Positions 41,081-51,065 are shown, counted from the first letter of the stretch. The stretch is 64,000 bases of DNA from Rhodobacteraceae bacterium CG17_big_fil_post_rev_8_21_14_2_50_63_15 (GCA_002783205.1 PFEY01000060.1:95574-159573), one strand, 5' to 3'. Numbers and translations: made by a program. The notes: generated by a model from the sequence alone, not told the origin.

Positions 41081-42067
41081 ATGCCTGATCAGTTGTTGTT
41101 CGGAATGGAAGTCGTGCTGAACGGGCTGATGGCGGGGGTGCTCTATGCCCTTGTGGCGCTTGGTTTCGTGCTGATCTACAAAGCCTCGGGGATTTTCAAC
41201 TATGCCCAGGGGGTGATGGCGCTTTTTGCCGCCATGACGCTGGTCGGGATCATGGAGGGCAACGTGCCCTTCAGCCATCTCATCAACGCGGTGTTCGGGA
41301 CGCAGGTGCACCACTTTGGTTGGCAGGTGCCGGGGATTGCGGCGGTCGCACTGACCATGATCGTGATGGTGGCGCTGGCCTGGGTCGTCAATCAGCTGAT
41401 CTTTCGCCACCTCGTCAATCAGGCGCCGATCATTCTTTTCATGGCCACCATCGGTCTGGCCTATTTTCTCGAAGGCTTTGGCGATGTCATGTGGGGTAGC
41501 GACATCAAGAAACTTGATGTCGGGCTGCCGCAGGGCCTCAATACGGTGATCGACGATCTGACCTATGGCCTGTTCGGCTATGGGTTCTTCATCGACAATC
41601 TCGATATTGTTGCGACGGTTGTGGCGGCGCTGCTTGTGGGCTCTCTGGTCGTGTTCGCGCAGTATTCCAAGCAGGGCCGGGCAATGCGTGCCGTTGCGGA
41701 TGATCATCAGGCGGCGCTTAGCGTCGGGGTTTCGCTCAATTTCATCTGGGTCATGGTCTGGTCGCTCGCCGGTTTCGTCGCGCTCGTCGCCGGGATCATG
41801 TGGGGAACGAAATCGGGGGTTCAGTTCTCGCTGTCGCTGATTGCCCTGAAGGCGCTGCCGGTGCTGATGCTGGGCGGCTTTACCTCGATCCCCGGCGCCA
41901 TCGTGGGCGGGCTGATCATCGGGGTCGGCGAGAAGCTGTTCGAGTTTTCTGTCGGAACGATGGTGGGTGGCGCGACGGAAAACTGGTTTGCCTATGTGCT
42001 GGCGCTGATCTTTCTCGTCTTTCGGCCACAGGGCCTTTTCGGCGAGAAGATCATCGAGAGGGTGTGA
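41081..42067 (+). CDS. LIV-type ABC permease (LivH-like)
   Basis: GVLYALVALGFVLIYKASGIFNYAQG, GRAMRAVADD and GGFTSIPGAIVGG. Confidence 0.92.
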   Translation: MPDQLLFGMEVVLNGLMAGVLYALVALGFVLIYKASGIFNYAQGVMALFAAMTLVGIMEGNVPFSHLINAVFGTQVHHFGWQVPGIAAVALTMIVMVALAWVVNQLIFRHLVNQAPIILFMATIGLAYFLEGFGDVMWGSDIKKLDVGLPQGLNTVIDDLTYGLFGYGFFIDNLDIVATVVAALLVGSLVVFAQYSKQGRAMRAVADDHQAALSVGVSLNFIWVMVWSLAGFVALVAGIMWGTKSGVQFSLSLIALKALPVLMLGGFTSIPGAIVGGLIIGVGEKLFEFSVGTMVGGATENWFAYVLALIFLVFRPQGLFGEKIIERV

Positions 42068-42072
42068 GAGAG

Positions 42073-42327
42073 ATGCAAAAGCTGATTGCCATCGTCAACG
42101 TGATCGCCTGGGGCGGATTCTGGGCCTTTGGCTATCTCGCCTTTTCGGCGGAACCGCATCAGACCGGACAGATGGTCATCGCCGCCGCACTGGCGGCGAT
42201 GGGCGGCGGTCTGGGCATGCTCGCCTTTCTCTGGCTCGTGCGGCATTCAGAGCGGACGGGCTATGCCAAACCAGCCAATCGCGCACGCAAACGCGAGGAT
42301 GACGATATTCATGGGGAGGTGCTCTAG
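42073..42327 (+). CDS. 84-aa two-TM membrane protein
   Basis: ATG 5 nt after livH-like stop; stop abuts next ATG; two hydrophobic helices and a charged tail. Confidence 0.7.
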   Translation: MQKLIAIVNVIAWGGFWAFGYLAFSAEPHQTGQMVIAAALAAMGGGLGMLAFLWLVRHSERTGYAKPANRARKREDDDIHGEVL

Positions 42328-43404
42328 ATGTTTTACCGCGAGGCGGGGGATTTCAAGACCTCCTACACCGATGACAGCCAGACCTTTCCCATCAAGTTCG
42401 ACCGCTACCGCTATTACGTGGTCCTGATCGCGGCCTTTGCCGTCATTCCGTTCCTGATCAACGATTACTGGGTGAATGCCGTCCTCCTGCCCTTTCTGAT
42501 CTATTCGATCGCCGCGATCGGCCTCAACATTCTCGTGGGCTATTGCGGGCAGGTCTCTCTGGGCACGGGCGGATTCATGGCGGTCGGGGCCTTTGCGGTC
42601 TACAAGCTGATGACCGCCTTTCCCGAGATCAGCATTTTCATCCATGTCATTCTGGCGGGTGGGATCACCGCCGGGGTGGGCGTGCTCTTTGGTCTGCCAT
42701 CCCTGCGCATCAAGGGGTTCTATCTCGCCGTGGCGACGCTGGCGGCGCAGTTCTTTCTGGTCTGGCTCTTCAACCGGGTGCCGTGGTTCTACAACTATTC
42801 GGCCTCGGGCCAGATCAGCGCGCCGGAACGCTCCTTTCTGGGCGTGCCGATCACGGGCGCGCAAACAGCCCCTTGGGCGGCCTATCTGTTTTGCCTCGTG
42901 TTCTGCGTGGCCTGTGCGCTGATTGCCCGCAACCTTACCCGCGGCATGGCAGGACGCAAATGGATGGCGATCCGCGACATGGACATCGCCGCCGAGATCA
43001 TCGGGGTGAACCCGCTCAAGGCCAAGCTGAGCGCCTTTGGCGTGAGCTCGTTCTTTGTCGGCATCTCGGGCGCGCTCTTTTTTGCGGTTTATCTCGGCGC
43101 TGTCGAGGTGGGCGAGGCCTTTGGCATCAACAAGTCTTTCCTCGTGCTTTTCATGGTCATCATCGGCGGGCTTGGCTCGATCTTCGGAAGCTTTGCCGGA
43201 GCGGCCTTTCTCGTGCTCTTGCCGGTGCTTCTGAAGAATACGCTCGTGGGCGGGCTTGGCTGGCCCACAGATCTGGCGGCGCATCTGGAATTCATGATCG
43301 TGGGCGCGATGATCATCGTCTTTCTGATCGCCGAACCACACGGGCTTGCGCAACTCTGGCGCATCGCCAAGGAGAAACTGAGACTTTGGCCCTTCCCGCA
43401 TTGA
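42328..43404 (+). CDS. LIV-type ABC permease (LivM-like)
   Basis: GLNILVGYCGQVSLG, LRIKGFYLAVATL and MVIIGGLGS. Confidence 0.92.
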   Translation: MFYREAGDFKTSYTDDSQTFPIKFDRYRYYVVLIAAFAVIPFLINDYWVNAVLLPFLIYSIAAIGLNILVGYCGQVSLGTGGFMAVGAFAVYKLMTAFPEISIFIHVILAGGITAGVGVLFGLPSLRIKGFYLAVATLAAQFFLVWLFNRVPWFYNYSASGQISAPERSFLGVPITGAQTAPWAAYLFCLVFCVACALIARNLTRGMAGRKWMAIRDMDIAAEIIGVNPLKAKLSAFGVSSFFVGISGALFFAVYLGAVEVGEAFGINKSFLVLFMVIIGGLGSIFGSFAGAAFLVLLPVLLKNTLVGGLGWPTDLAAHLEFMIVGAMIIVFLIAEPHGLAQLWRIAKEKLRLWPFPH

Positions 43405-43422
43405 GAAGGGTCGAGAGGGTGC

Positions 43423-43445
43423 GGCGGGCCGCAAACCCGCCCTAC
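43423..43445 (-). repeat. GTAG-type REP-like palindrome
   Basis: Minus strand reads GTAG-GGCGGG-N7-CCCGCC, intergenic; only one copy seen in the window. Confidence 0.45.
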
Positions 43446-43481
43446 GCAACATCGGACAGAACCATGGGAGGATACAAACCG

Positions 43482-44768
43482 ATGAGACAGAGACTACTGA
43501 CAGCCGTGACCGCCGCCGTGCTGGTCGCGGGGCCGGCCTTCGCCGATCTGACGATCATCGACACAAGCTATCGCACCGGGCCCTATGCCGCGAACGGGAT
43601 TCCGTTCTCGGACGGGTATCAGGATTATTTCACCCTGCTGAATGAACGCGATGGCGGCATCGGCGGCGAAAAGATCAACCTCGTGGAATGCGAGACCGGC
43701 TATAACACCGAAAAAGGCGTGGAATGCTACGAGGGCACAAAGGGCGCAGGCAATGGCGCTCTGCTCTATCAGCCGCTCTCGACCGGGATCACCTATCAGC
43801 TGATCCCCAAGGCAACGGCCGACGGCATTCCGCTTCACACCATGGGCTATGGCCGCACCTCGTCCAAGAATGGCGGTGTCTTTCCCTTCGTGTTCAACTA
43901 TCCGGCCAACTACTGGGACGGCGCGAGCCACGCCATTACCCATATCCTCGAACAGAATGGCGGCGATATCAGCGGCAAGAAGATCGCGCTGGTCTTTCAC
44001 AACTCGGCCTATGGCAAGGAGCCGATCCGCACACTGGAAGAACTGGGCAAGAAGCATGGTTTCGAGGTGATGCTGCTGCCGGTGGATCACCCCGGTCAGG
44101 AGCAAAAGTCGCAATGGCTTCAGATCCGGCAGCAGCGGCCCGATTATGTGCTGATGTGGGGCTGGGGCGTGATGAACCAGGTCGCCATTCAGGAAGCTGT
44201 CAACATCCGCTTTCCGATGGAGAATTTCATCGGCATCTGGTGGTCCGGTTCCGAGAACGACGTGAAGGCGGCGGGTGCGGGCGCCAATGGCTACAAGGCC
44301 CTGGCCTTCCACAATCTGGGCTCGAATTATCCGGTCTATGACGACCTGCGCAAATATGTCGTCGATGCCGGAAAGGCGGCCGGTGCGGGCGATCAGCTTG
44401 GCACCGTGCTCTATAACCGGGGCATGTATGCCGCGATCCTCGCTGCCGAAGCGATCAAGACCGCACAAGAGATGCACGGCACCGCTGCGATCAATGCAAG
44501 CCAGATGCGTGACGGGATGGAGAATCTCGATATGACAGAGGCCAAGATGACAGCGCTCGGCGTGCCCAACTTTGGCCCCGAGTTCAAGGTGTCCTGCCAG
44601 AACCACGGCGGCAACGGCTATGGCGCCGTGTCGCAATGGGATGCAGCCGCTGGCGAATTCAAGCTGATCACCGACTACTACCAGTCCGATCAGGAGGTCA
44701 TCTCTGCCCTCGTGGCCGAGGACAGTGCCGCCTTTGCCGCCGAAAACGGCATCACGCCAGGCTGCTGA
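43482..44768 (+). CDS. LIV-type ABC substrate-binding protein
   Basis: Signal peptide MRQRLLTAVTAAVLVAGPAFA; YRTGPYA, ECETGYNTEKGVECYE and PLSTGIT. Confidence 0.9.
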   Translation: MRQRLLTAVTAAVLVAGPAFADLTIIDTSYRTGPYAANGIPFSDGYQDYFTLLNERDGGIGGEKINLVECETGYNTEKGVECYEGTKGAGNGALLYQPLSTGITYQLIPKATADGIPLHTMGYGRTSSKNGGVFPFVFNYPANYWDGASHAITHILEQNGGDISGKKIALVFHNSAYGKEPIRTLEELGKKHGFEVMLLPVDHPGQEQKSQWLQIRQQRPDYVLMWGWGVMNQVAIQEAVNIRFPMENFIGIWWSGSENDVKAAGAGANGYKALAFHNLGSNYPVYDDLRKYVVDAGKAAGAGDQLGTVLYNRGMYAAILAAEAIKTAQEMHGTAAINASQMRDGMENLDMTEAKMTALGVPNFGPEFKVSCQNHGGNGYGAVSQWDAAAGEFKLITDYYQSDQEVISALVAEDSAAFAAENGITPGC

Positions 44769-44875
44769 GCCGGGTAAATCTTCCCGGCTGCGGCCCCTGT
44801 CGCGGCCGGGAGTTATGAGTATTTTTGGAACGATGAAGGCGGGGTAGCCCTGTCCTAAAGAGAGGGAGAACCAAC

Positions 44876-45700
44876 ATGCTTGATGCCAGCCCGACGGACG
44901 AGACCCTGTTGGACGTCAACAACATCGAGGTGATCTACAATCATGTCATCCTCGTTCTCAAAGGGGTCAGCCTCAAAGTGCCCAAGGGTGGCATCACTGC
45001 GCTTCTCGGCGGCAATGGCGCGGGCAAGACCACGACGCTCAAGGCGATCTCCAATCTCTTGAAGTCCGAGCGCGGCGAAGTGACCAAGGGCACGATTACC
45101 TATCGCGGCGAGCGCGTGCAGGATCTGTTGCCCTCGGATCTTGTCAAGAAAGGCGTTGTGCAAGTGATGGAGGGGCGGCATTGCTTCGAGCACTTGACGG
45201 TCGAAGAGAACCTCTTGACCGGGGCCTATACCCGCACGGCGAGCCGGGGCGAAATCGATGCCGATCTCAACAAGGTCTACGACTATTTTCCTCGCCTCAA
45301 GGAGCGCCGCAAATCGCAGGCGGGCTATACTTCGGGCGGCGAGCAGCAAATGGTGGCCATCGGCCGCGCACTGATGTCGCGGCCCGAGACGATTCTGCTC
45401 GATGAACCGAGCATGGGTCTTGCGCCGCAACTCGTCGAGCAGATCTTCAACATCGTGAAATCGCTCAACGAGGCAGAGGGCTATACCTTTCTTCTGGCCG
45501 AACAGAACACCAATGTCGCGCTGCGGTTTGCCCATTACGGCTATATTCTGGAATCGGGGCGGGTGGTGATGGATGGCCTTGCCGCCGATCTGCGCGAGAA
45601 CCCGGATGTCAAGGAGTTCTACCTTGGCATGTCTGACGAGGGTCGCAAGAGCTTTCGGGATGTTCGCAGTTATCGCCGTCGCAAGCGTTGGCTGGCGTGA
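44876..45700 (+). CDS. LIV-type ABC ATPase (LivF-like)
   Basis: GGNGAGKT, SGGEQQM, LLDEPSMGLAP and AEQN. Confidence 0.92.
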   Translation: MLDASPTDETLLDVNNIEVIYNHVILVLKGVSLKVPKGGITALLGGNGAGKTTTLKAISNLLKSERGEVTKGTITYRGERVQDLLPSDLVKKGVVQVMEGRHCFEHLTVEENLLTGAYTRTASRGEIDADLNKVYDYFPRLKERRKSQAGYTSGGEQQMVAIGRALMSRPETILLDEPSMGLAPQLVEQIFNIVKSLNEAEGYTFLLAEQNTNVALRFAHYGYILESGRVVMDGLAADLRENPDVKEFYLGMSDEGRKSFRDVRSYRRRKRWLA

Positions 45701-45745
45701 TGCGTGTTCTCCAGTTTGCAAGCCCCCGCGCCAGAGGATAATCGC

Positions 45746-46966
45746 ATGACTGAGTATTTTGACCAGCTTGAGACCCGAAGCCCCGAGGCGCGCGCCGCGG
45801 CGCTGGCGCGCGCCTTGCCCCTGCAGATTGCCCGCGCGCAGGCATTGCCAGGTTATCAAGGGGCCTTGGCGGATGTCGAGGCGGCCCAGATCACGACTCC
45901 ATGCGATCTGGCGCGCTTGCCGGTCCTGCGCAAATCCGACATGGGCCGGGCTCAGGCGGGCAAGCCCCCGTTTGGCGGGTTGACCACGCATTCCGCGCCG
46001 TTAATGGCACATATCTTTCAATCCCCGGGACCGATCTACGAACCTGGGGGTGTGACGCATGACTGGTGGCGGATGGGCCGATTTCTGCATGCCTGCGGAA
46101 TCGGAGCGGGTGACATCGTGCAAAACTGCTTTTCCTACCACCTGGTGCCAGCCGGCATGATCTTTGAGAATGGCGCGCGGGCGGTGGGAGCCGCCGTGCT
46201 GCCCGCAGGCACTGGCCAGACGGAATTGCAGGCGCGTGCCGCACATGACGTAGGCGTGACCGCCTATGCCGGCACACCGGACTATCTCAAGGTCATTCTC
46301 GACAAGGCGGCGGACATGGGTCTTCCCTTGAAGATCACCAAGGCGGCGGTTGGAGGTGGGGCGCTCTTTCCGTCGCTACGCGCCGAATACGCCGCGCGCG
46401 GAATTACCTGCCTGCAATGTTATGCCACGGCCGATCTCGGCAACATCGCCTATGAGAGCGCGGCACAGGAAGGCATGATCGTTGATGAGGCCGTGATCGT
46501 CGAGATCGTCACACCCGGCACCGGAAACCCGGTTGCGCCGGGTGAAGTGGGCGAGGTTGTCGTGACCACGCTCAACCCCGACTATCCTTTGATCCGCTTC
46601 GCCACGGGTGATCTGAGTGCCGTGATGGAGGGGCCAAGCCCGTGCGGGCGCACCAACATGCGCATCAGGGGCTGGATGGGCCGGGCCGATCAGACGACCA
46701 AGATCAAGGGCATGTTCGTGCGTCCCGAGCAGGTCGCGGCGCTTGTGGCGCGCCATGACAGTATCACCCGCGCCCGGGTCATTGCCAGCCGCGAGGGCGA
46801 GTCGGATGTCATGACCGTGCGGATCGAAGCTTTGGGCGGCGAGGCGGATCACTATGCGGGATCCGTGACGGAGACGCTCAAACTCAGGGGTCGAATCGAG
46901 ATCGTGCCGCCGGGAAGTCTGCCCAACGACGGCAAAGTCATCGAGGATCTGCGCAGCTACGACTGA
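45746..46966 (+). CDS. Phenylacetate-CoA ligase (PaaK)-like protein
   Basis: LPVLRKSD, YAGTPDY, GEVGEVVVTTL and PLIRFATGDL; canonical P-loop replaced by QSPGPIYEP. Confidence 0.8.
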   Translation: MTEYFDQLETRSPEARAAALARALPLQIARAQALPGYQGALADVEAAQITTPCDLARLPVLRKSDMGRAQAGKPPFGGLTTHSAPLMAHIFQSPGPIYEPGGVTHDWWRMGRFLHACGIGAGDIVQNCFSYHLVPAGMIFENGARAVGAAVLPAGTGQTELQARAAHDVGVTAYAGTPDYLKVILDKAADMGLPLKITKAAVGGGALFPSLRAEYAARGITCLQCYATADLGNIAYESAAQEGMIVDEAVIVEIVTPGTGNPVAPGEVGEVVVTTLNPDYPLIRFATGDLSAVMEGPSPCGRTNMRIRGWMGRADQTTKIKGMFVRPEQVAALVARHDSITRARVIASREGESDVMTVRIEALGGEADHYAGSVTETLKLRGRIEIVPPGSLPNDGKVIEDLRSYD

Positions 46967-46972
46967 TCGGGT

Positions 46973-48214
46973 TCAGAACCGGTTGGCATCATAGGGCGCG
47001 AGGTCGATGTTCGGGTGAATGCCGGCGATGAGGTCGGCCACGATCCGCCCCGTCTTGGGGCCCGCTGTCAGGCCGATATGCTGATGACCGAAAGCCGCAT
47101 AAACGCCCGTCCGCCCGACCTCACCAATCAAGGGCAGGCTGTCCGGGGTGGAGGGGCGAAAGCCCACCCATTCCTCGACACGCTCATAGGTCAGCTCTGG
47201 AAAGGCCCGCGCCGTGCCACGCCGGATCAGATCAAGCGGCGCGCGTGACGGGCCCTTGGCAATCCCGCCGAGTTCAACCGTTCCGGCACAGCGCAAGCCA
47301 TGCGCCATCGGGGTGACGGCGAATTTGCCGCTGGTGATCATCAGTGGGTGGCGCGGCATCTGCGAGGGGCCCGTGAAATGCAGGTGATGGCCCCGCTCGG
47401 CCTCGAGTGGCACCCGCAGACCCAATTTGCGCATCAGTGGTTTGGACCAGATTCCCGCTGCGAGAACCGCGACATCACAGGGTATCAGGCCGCGATCTGT
47501 CGCAACGGCGGTGATCCGACCCTCTGTCAACGATATGTCCTGCACCTCGGCCTGTTTGAATGCGCCGCCTTCTTCCTGGAACACCACTGCGAGATCGGCC
47601 ATGTAGGCGCCGGGATTGAGGATATGCCCGTGCCCCCTGAGGCTCGCCAGACACTGGATTGCCGGGCCAAGCATTGGTTCAGCTTCTTGCACTGCGCCAC
47701 CGGTGATGACTTCGGGAATGTATCCAGCTTCGCGCTTGATCGCCCAGCCATAGGCGTCCGCCTCGAATTTGGCCAGGCTTTCATAGGCATAGCTGAAATC
47801 GCTTGTTGCAATCCATTTTGCGGCGCTTGTGCCCCGCGTCAGTGCGATGTGCTGATCGAGACTGTCACCGACAATCGGCGCGAGCCCTGCCACCATGCGC
47901 CGTGTGTCACCCTCATTGGCGTGACCGGCAAACTTGATCAACCAGGGGATCAGGCGCGGAAAATACGACCATTGCATGAACAAGGGTGCGCGCGGATTGA
48001 AGATGTACTTGATCCCCGAGGTCAGCACTCCGGGCGTATTGACCGGGACAATGGCCCATTGTGCAAGAAGACCCGCATTGCCAAAGGAAGCCCCGGCTCC
48101 GGGGCCGTCCTTGTCCAGAAGCGTCACCTCGTGCCCCGCGCGGCGCAGCCAGATGGCGGCGCTAAGGCCGCAGATCCCGGCACCGATCACGATGACTTTG
48201 AGAGGCGGTGTCAT
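46973..48214 (-). CDS. DadA/DAO-family FAD-dependent oxidoreductase
   Basis: GAGICG dinucleotide motif; GASFGNAG, GFRPSTPDSLP and FGHQHIGLT. Confidence 0.88.
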   Translation of the reverse strand: MTPPLKVIVIGAGICGLSAAIWLRRAGHEVTLLDKDGPGAGASFGNAGLLAQWAIVPVNTPGVLTSGIKYIFNPRAPLFMQWSYFPRLIPWLIKFAGHANEGDTRRMVAGLAPIVGDSLDQHIALTRGTSAAKWIATSDFSYAYESLAKFEADAYGWAIKREAGYIPEVITGGAVQEAEPMLGPAIQCLASLRGHGHILNPGAYMADLAVVFQEEGGAFKQAEVQDISLTEGRITAVATDRGLIPCDVAVLAAGIWSKPLMRKLGLRVPLEAERGHHLHFTGPSQMPRHPLMITSGKFAVTPMAHGLRCAGTVELGGIAKGPSRAPLDLIRRGTARAFPELTYERVEEWVGFRPSTPDSLPLIGEVGRTGVYAAFGHQHIGLTAGPKTGRIVADLIAGIHPNIDLAPYDANRF

Positions 48215-48307
48215 GGGGCATCCTTCATCGGCAAATCACTTGCGCGGCCGAGCTAATCTCAGCTTTGCTTCTTGCGCAAGCGGTCCTTTGGTGGTCCGAC
48301 ACAAACG

Positions 48308-48333
48308 AAAACCCCGCCGGGAGAGGCAGGGTT
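48308..48333 (-). terminator. Intrinsic terminator after rpmJ
   Basis: Minus strand CCCTGCC-TCTCCC-GGCGGGG followed by TTTT. Confidence 0.65.
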
Positions 48334-48365
48334 GAATCCCGTGACCGGAAAGCATTTTCAGTGGT

Positions 48366-48491
48366 TCAGCCCTGACGGGCCTTGAACTTTGGTTGCGTCT
48401 TGTTGATGACGTAGACGCGGCCTTTACGGCGCACGACTCGGCAATCGCGGTGCCTGTTCTTGAGCGAACGCAGCGAATTACGAACCTTCAT
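48366..48491 (-). CDS. rpmJ: 50S ribosomal protein L36, zinc-independent (YkgO-type); not in ORF track
   Basis: Manual translation [41 protein letters not shown], 41 aa. Confidence 0.97.
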   Translation of the reverse strand: MKVRNSLRSLKNRHRDCRVVRRKGRVYVINKTQPKFKARQG

Positions 48492-48568
48492 GGTCGTCTC
48501 CTGATCTGTCGCGGCGCGGGCCAGCGCCTTGGATTGCGGGCGTCCTGCGGGACAGGACTACGAATTCA

Positions 48569-48643
48569 TGGTGGGCGATACAAGGTTCGAACTTGTGACC
48601 CCTTCGATGTCAACGAAGTGCTCTACCACTGAGCTAATCACCC
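48569..48643 (-). tRNA. tRNA-Val(GAC)
   Basis: GGGTGATTAGCTCAGTGGTAGAGCACTTCGTTGACATCGAAGGGGTCACAAGTTCGAACCTTGTATCGCCCACCA folds as a cloverleaf with GAC anticodon and encoded CCA. Confidence 0.98.
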
Positions 48644-48790
48644 AAGAATACCGGCAGGTCGCCATGCCCCCAACAAATAGGGGCGCGGAAATCCGCGCCG
48701 GTCCGCTGGTCTATAAAAGGAGTCGTCGAGCGGATCAAGGGCTTTCAGATGCACAATTTCCGTCTATGATGAATTTCAAGGGGAGAGAGA

Positions 48791-49654
48791 ATGCCAAAGG
48801 CTGCGTATCATCTGATCTATCCGGAACGACGCAACACAGCGGTGGTGTTTGCCTCGCCGCATAGTGGCCGGGATTATCCCTGGACGTTTCTGCGCCGCAC
48901 GGCGCTCAATGAACATTCGGTGCGCTCCTCCGAGGATGCCTTTGTCGACCAACTCTTTGACAGCGCGCCGCAAGCAGGCGCGCCCTTCATCAAGGCGGGT
49001 GCGCCGCGCGCCTATGTCGATCTCAACCGCAACGTGGACGAGCTTGATCCTGCGTTGATCGAAGGGGTAAGCCATCAGGGCCACAATCCTCGTGTGGCCT
49101 CGGGCCTTGGCGTGATCCCGCGTGTCGTCGCCAACGGACAGGTGATTTATTCCGGCAAGCTGAGCCTCGCGGAGGCGACGTATCGGATAGAGAATTACTG
49201 GCGACCCTACCATACGGCCTTGCAGGGACAGCTAGATCAGGCGCACATCATGTTTGGGCAGGCGATCCTGATAGATTGCCACTCGATGCCGCATGAAGCG
49301 ATGGATTCGGTCGCTCGGCGCGGGATGCGACGCCCCGAGATCGTTCTGGGGGACAGATTTGGTGCGGCGGCGGATCCGATCGTCGTGGATCTCGTCGAGT
49401 CGGCTTTTTCCCGAGCCGGGCTGACGGTGACGCGCAATTCGCCCTTTGCCGGTGCCTATATTACCCAAGCCTACGGACGGCCAGCGCGTGGTCGACACGC
49501 GATCCAGATCGAAATCGACCGCGCGCTTTACATGAACGAGCGGCTTATTCGGCCCAACGGCAACTTTGATGCCTTCCGCAGTCTCATGCGCGCGGTGATC
49601 CATGAAGTTGCCGAAATCGGACGGGCGCAGGCCGTTTCGCTCGCGGCGGAATGA
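48791..49654 (+). CDS. N-formylglutamate amidohydrolase family protein
   Basis: SPHSG, SSED, RAYVDLNR, GLGVIPR, IDCHSMP and HAIQIEIDR. Confidence 0.9.
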   Translation: MPKAAYHLIYPERRNTAVVFASPHSGRDYPWTFLRRTALNEHSVRSSEDAFVDQLFDSAPQAGAPFIKAGAPRAYVDLNRNVDELDPALIEGVSHQGHNPRVASGLGVIPRVVANGQVIYSGKLSLAEATYRIENYWRPYHTALQGQLDQAHIMFGQAILIDCHSMPHEAMDSVARRGMRRPEIVLGDRFGAAADPIVVDLVESAFSRAGLTVTRNSPFAGAYITQAYGRPARGRHAIQIEIDRALYMNERLIRPNGNFDAFRSLMRAVIHEVAEIGRAQAVSLAAE

Positions 49655-49700
49655 ACCCGCCTCTTTCGGTATTCTGTCAGTATTCTGTCGGTATGGTGTC

Positions 49701-50954
49701 TCAACGCAGAGCCCGGCCCTTGAGGATCGCGTCGGGGCCGAATTTTGCGCGGATGAGGTCGCTGGCCCGTTCCGCCTCTGCCCGCCGTGCAGCCTGTGGA
49801 TCAAGAAGATCGCCAGACCGATCCGCCCCAGCCTCTGGCTCGAGATCAGAAAGCCCTACCCCGATCAGTCGCCACGCCACGCCTTGCGGGACGTGGTTCA
49901 GCAACCCTCGCGCGGTTCGGTAGAGCGTATCGGTCAGTTGCGTGGCCTCGTGCAGCGCCTGCCGCCGGGAGATCATCGAAAAATCGGAGCGCTTGAGTTT
50001 GAGCGTCACCACCCGCCCGGCAAGTCCCCTTGCCTTGGCGCGATCGGCCACTTTCTCTGACAGGCGCCAAAGATGCCCATCGAGCAGGTCGGGGTCGAGG
50101 GTATCCACAAGAAAGGTTGTCTCGTTCGAGATCGACTTGACCGGCGCATTGGGTGAGACAGTGCGACCATCCTCACCGCGCGCCAGATGCCAGAGCCGAT
50201 CGCCCATCGACCCGAACCGCGCGGTGAGATCGGCGCGGTCCCATCGCAGCAGATCGGAAAAGCTGCGAATGCCGGACCCGTTGAGCGCATTCAATGTGGA
50301 TTGTCCCACGCCCCAGATCAGGCTGACCGGCCGGTCGCGCAGAAAATCCCCCGTCTCGCGCACCCCGATCACCGAGAACCCATGTGGCTTGTCGAGATCC
50401 GAGGCAATCTTGGCGAGAAACTTGTTATGGCTGAGCCCGACGGAGCCGGTCAGTCCAAGCTCATCGCGCATCCGCCTTATCAGCTGTGCCAGCATCACGG
50501 CGGCCGGCGCGCCATGCAGCCGCTCGGTGCCGCTCAGATCGAGAAATGCCTCGTCCAGCGAGAGCGGCTCCACGGCAGGTGTCAGCGCAAGCATCATGTC
50601 GCGGATGGCCCGTGAGACCTCCGCATAAACGGCCATGCGGGGTTTGATGACGATCGCGTCCGGGCAGAGCCTGAGCGCCTGAAACATCGGCATGGCCGAG
50701 CGCACACCCCGGATGCGCGCGATGTAACAGGCGGTTGAAACGACCCCGCGCCGCCCGCCGCCGATGATCACCGGCTTGTCCATCAGATCGGGATTGTCGC
50801 GTTTTTCCACGCTGGCATAAAAGGCATCGCAATCCATATGCGCAATCGAGAGACGGAAGAGCTCGGGATGCGAGACCACGCACGGGCTGCCGCAGACGGG
50901 ACAGCGCGCTGTGGTGTCAAACTGGCGGAAGCATTCGCGGCAGAGACTGGGCAT
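49701..50954 (-). CDS. dinB: DNA polymerase IV (Y family)
   Basis: AHMDCDAFYASVE, STACYIAR..GVRSAMP, SLDEAFLDL and KIASD. Confidence 0.97.
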   Translation of the reverse strand: MPSLCRECFRQFDTTARCPVCGSPCVVSHPELFRLSIAHMDCDAFYASVEKRDNPDLMDKPVIIGGGRRGVVSTACYIARIRGVRSAMPMFQALRLCPDAIVIKPRMAVYAEVSRAIRDMMLALTPAVEPLSLDEAFLDLSGTERLHGAPAAVMLAQLIRRMRDELGLTGSVGLSHNKFLAKIASDLDKPHGFSVIGVRETGDFLRDRPVSLIWGVGQSTLNALNGSGIRSFSDLLRWDRADLTARFGSMGDRLWHLARGEDGRTVSPNAPVKSISNETTFLVDTLDPDLLDGHLWRLSEKVADRAKARGLAGRVVTLKLKRSDFSMISRRQALHEATQLTDTLYRTARGLLNHVPQGVAWRLIGVGLSDLEPEAGADRSGDLLDPQAARRAEAERASDLIRAKFGPDAILKGRALR

Positions 50955-51065
50955 GATGCACGTAGTCTAGCCTGTCACGGCACCTTTTGCAGCCGTCACG
51001 CCAACACAAAATGCGAAACCCGTGTTTCGGGAATTCTCGGGTTTTTACTTCATCGAGAAGATGTT

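Noticed and set aside
48366-48491. Zinc-free L36 as a sign of zinc-starvation paralogue switching
   Set aside because: This form is the usual L36 in alphaproteobacteria and sits in ordinary core context
48569-48643. tRNA-Val(GAC) as the island's integration target
   Set aside because: Its 3' end (CCTTGTATCGCCCACCA) does not match the att fragment, and core genes lie between them
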